From Candidatus Bathyarchaeota archaeon (GTDB lineage: Archaea; Thermoproteota; Bathyarchaeia; Bathyarchaeales; Bathycorpusculaceae): DNA of 64,000 nt. The stretch covers positions 117,819 to 181,818 of the forward strand of contig CAWHDT010000009.1 in assembly GCA_963828195.1 (NCBI GenBank), written 5' to 3'. The notes under the pieces are model-generated. The model ran no database searches. It was given only the letters and a program-made list of their open reading frames with translations, and was not told the origin of the DNA. The translations under genes were made by a program, and so were the position numbers. Below are positions 62,084-64,000 of this stretch, in pieces. Within the stretch, counting starts at the first letter, position 1, and every line of letters begins with the position of its first letter.

Positions 62084-62479
62084 ATGAGCTGGCAGATAAC
62101 ACAAGGATCCACCACAGTTACTTTGCCATTAGCTCCGCAGACGGTAACAGATGAAGCCCCAACCGTTGATGATACAACAATTACAGTTCCTGAGCAGGAA
62201 CCCGTCTTAGTTTCTATCGGCAGCGACATTCGGCAGTTAACTTTAGAGGGCGTTCTTAACGTTTCAGGCCAGAACATGGCTTACCTGGATACTAATTATG
62301 TTACGCCTCTGCTTGGTTTTCGAGGCTTAGTTTGCACGTTATCAACGCCCCGATCAAGCCTCAACAGTACCTGGAAGCTGGATAAAGCAACATTCATTCA
62401 AACAAAAGATTACGCGAACAATCCCATTTTGAAGTTCAGTTTAATTTTCAAGCATGCAGCCTTCTATATGGTGCTCTAA
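62084..62479 (+). CDS. Distal tail protein-like
   Basis: Follows the tape measure gene. RQLTLEGVL, beta-rich. Confidence 0.65.
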   Translation: MSWQITQGSTTVTLPLAPQTVTDEAPTVDDTTITVPEQEPVLVSIGSDIRQLTLEGVLNVSGQNMAYLDTNYVTPLLGFRGLVCTLSTPRSSLNSTWKLDKATFIQTKDYANNPILKFSLIFKHAAFYMVL

Positions 62480-62480
62480 A

Positions 62481-64000
62481 ATGACTTTTACATTCCAATA
62501 CTATAACGGGTCTTCATGGGTTAACATAGCGAACGCCGTGCTAAACCAGATCATTGATGAACTCAACGGGCAGCTTGAACTCGATTTTATTATTCCCAAT
62601 ACTTCTGCGAACTTGACTTTTGTGCAGAGTAACCAGCAAGTCCAGCTGCTGTGGGGAAGCACCGTTATTTTCAGTGGTTTGCTTGAGGCTTACACTGCGA
62701 CTTTTTCTCAGATAACCTGCACGGTTTATAACAACACTTTTGAGGTAATGCAGAAGCGCCAAATCACAGGGGCGTACAATAACGTAGCTGCAAACACGGT
62801 CTTAGCTGCGATTTGCGCTTCATCCGGTATGACCGCTGGCTCTTGCCCAACAACAGCCGTAAGTATACAGTTCAATTCAACAGACTGCTTAACCGCCGCT
62901 CAAAACTTAGCCGCCCTTCTAAACCAAAACGTCTACAATTCTGGTTCAACAGTGATAATCGGTGTTAAAGGCAATCAAACGCCAACATCAATAACGGTTG
63001 ATACACAAAGTCAGGTGAATTTTGATCGAAGCAAAACAGGCTATGCAGGCGTAATTATTCGCGGCGTCAGCCCTACCGGACAAGTGATTATCGGTACTGC
63101 GGGAAGTACTGGAGCGGGTAATAACACCATTACGTTAACGAATAATGCTGTTACAAGCCAGGCGTCTTTGAATGCGTTGGCAGCCGCGTACCTGCAGAGT
63201 TTAGCAGAAACCAATAGCGGTTGCCCGCTTGAAGCCGATATCTCGCAGACAGCAGCTTTGAACAGTGGCGATTTGGTCACGATATCAAATGGCGCCGAAC
63301 TTGGCTTAAACGGCAACTATGCGATTTACCGCATTACAAAGAACTTGACAAAAAGCACTTTGGAAATCGTGACTCCCGCAGGCGCTTTTCTCGCATTGAT
63401 CAATGCGACGTCTTCAATTAACGGTGTAGTAGCCTCGCTGGCTAATGCCTCGCTGCATTACAGACCATGCCAGATGGCAGCGATCCAAACACATCTGGTA
63501 TGTACGTAACATTAGCTGATAATTTTGGTGATGTCGCTTCGTTGATGCTGGGCAATAACACGTTGTTGCCTGTGCCTTCTTCTGGGTTTCCAGCGTCATT
63601 TTTGACTTTCAACAGCAGCTATCTCACATATATTATTCCTTCAGTGGCAAACCAAAATGGCTCCGCAGCAACAGCAACAATCACGCCTCAGTCTGGACCA
63701 TCCTACACGGCGCCAATGATCGGCTTAGGCACCTACAAGTACCCGTTTCTTTGGGTTGACCAAGTCTTTTGCTACACTGACTTCCTGAATTCCCTGGAGT
63801 CTTCAGCGATAACTTTGCTGTGCCCCCTAAACACAGGAACAATCGGAAGCGCAACGATCGGCTCAAGCGGACAGGTTTTGCAAAGTCAAGGTTCAGGCGC
63901 CCCGCCTAAATGGGTAACTCTAACGACAACATTAACTCAAATGCCGCTAGGTACAAGCGGCTACTTTTTGGAAGGCCAAGGCAGCTCAGCGCCAACCTAC
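62481..64000 (+). CDS. Tail tip/hub protein continuing into tail-fibre-like repeats (frameshift near 63450, partial)
   Basis: Hub-like N-terminus (LNSGDLVTI...YAIYRI). The shifted frame is open to the window end, with GSSGQVLQSQGSGAPPKW and GTSGYFLEGQGSSAPTY repeats. Confidence 0.72.

Larger units (their letters stand above)
41635..64000 (+). mobile_element. Provirus of a tailed (Caudoviricetes, siphovirus-like) archaeal virus at tRNA-Gln; right end outside the window
   Basis: Ordered terminase, portal, protease, capsid, adaptor, tail tube, chaperone, tape measure and tail-tip genes, starting directly after the tRNA. No integrase is seen in the window. Confidence 0.9.

Noticed and set aside
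179-63866. Numerous short antisense or overlapping ORFs in the six-frame track
   Set aside because: They are shadows of well-supported genes and have no motifs or ribosome-binding context.

Overview
Archaeal genomic DNA. It encodes TFB, aIF2-alpha, aIF1/SUI1 and Trm1, and carries BHB-intron and CCA-encoded tRNAs. The double-domain Lrp regulators and large PQQ-type beta-propeller surface proteins suggest a Bathyarchaeia-like host, which is an inference. Bases 1-41634 are host chromosome: regulators, surface proteins, housekeeping and metabolic genes, a VapBC pair, a two-intron tRNA-Tyr and tRNA-Gln. From the 3' end of tRNA-Gln to the window end lies a tailed HK97-type, siphovirus-like provirus. 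Its gene order is early HTH genes, cargo, a ParB-like / ABC ATPase / GNAT cassette, terminase, portal, protease-scaffold, capsid, a 3 kb cargo insert, then tail genes. No integrase is visible in the window. Four features stand out: (1) the candidate DNA-modification cassette, with a slippery site joining the ATPase and GNAT frames; (2) a degenerate copy of the tRNA-Gln/att junction between the head and tail modules, with a second duplication bracketing the cargo; (3) an uncharacterised wHTH protein with a palindrome and iteron cluster; (4) a structured intergenic element holding a mini-ORF. Many provirus genes carry single-base indels, mostly in homopolymers, which may be sequencing errors or decay. 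All calls come from reading motifs by eye; no searches were run.
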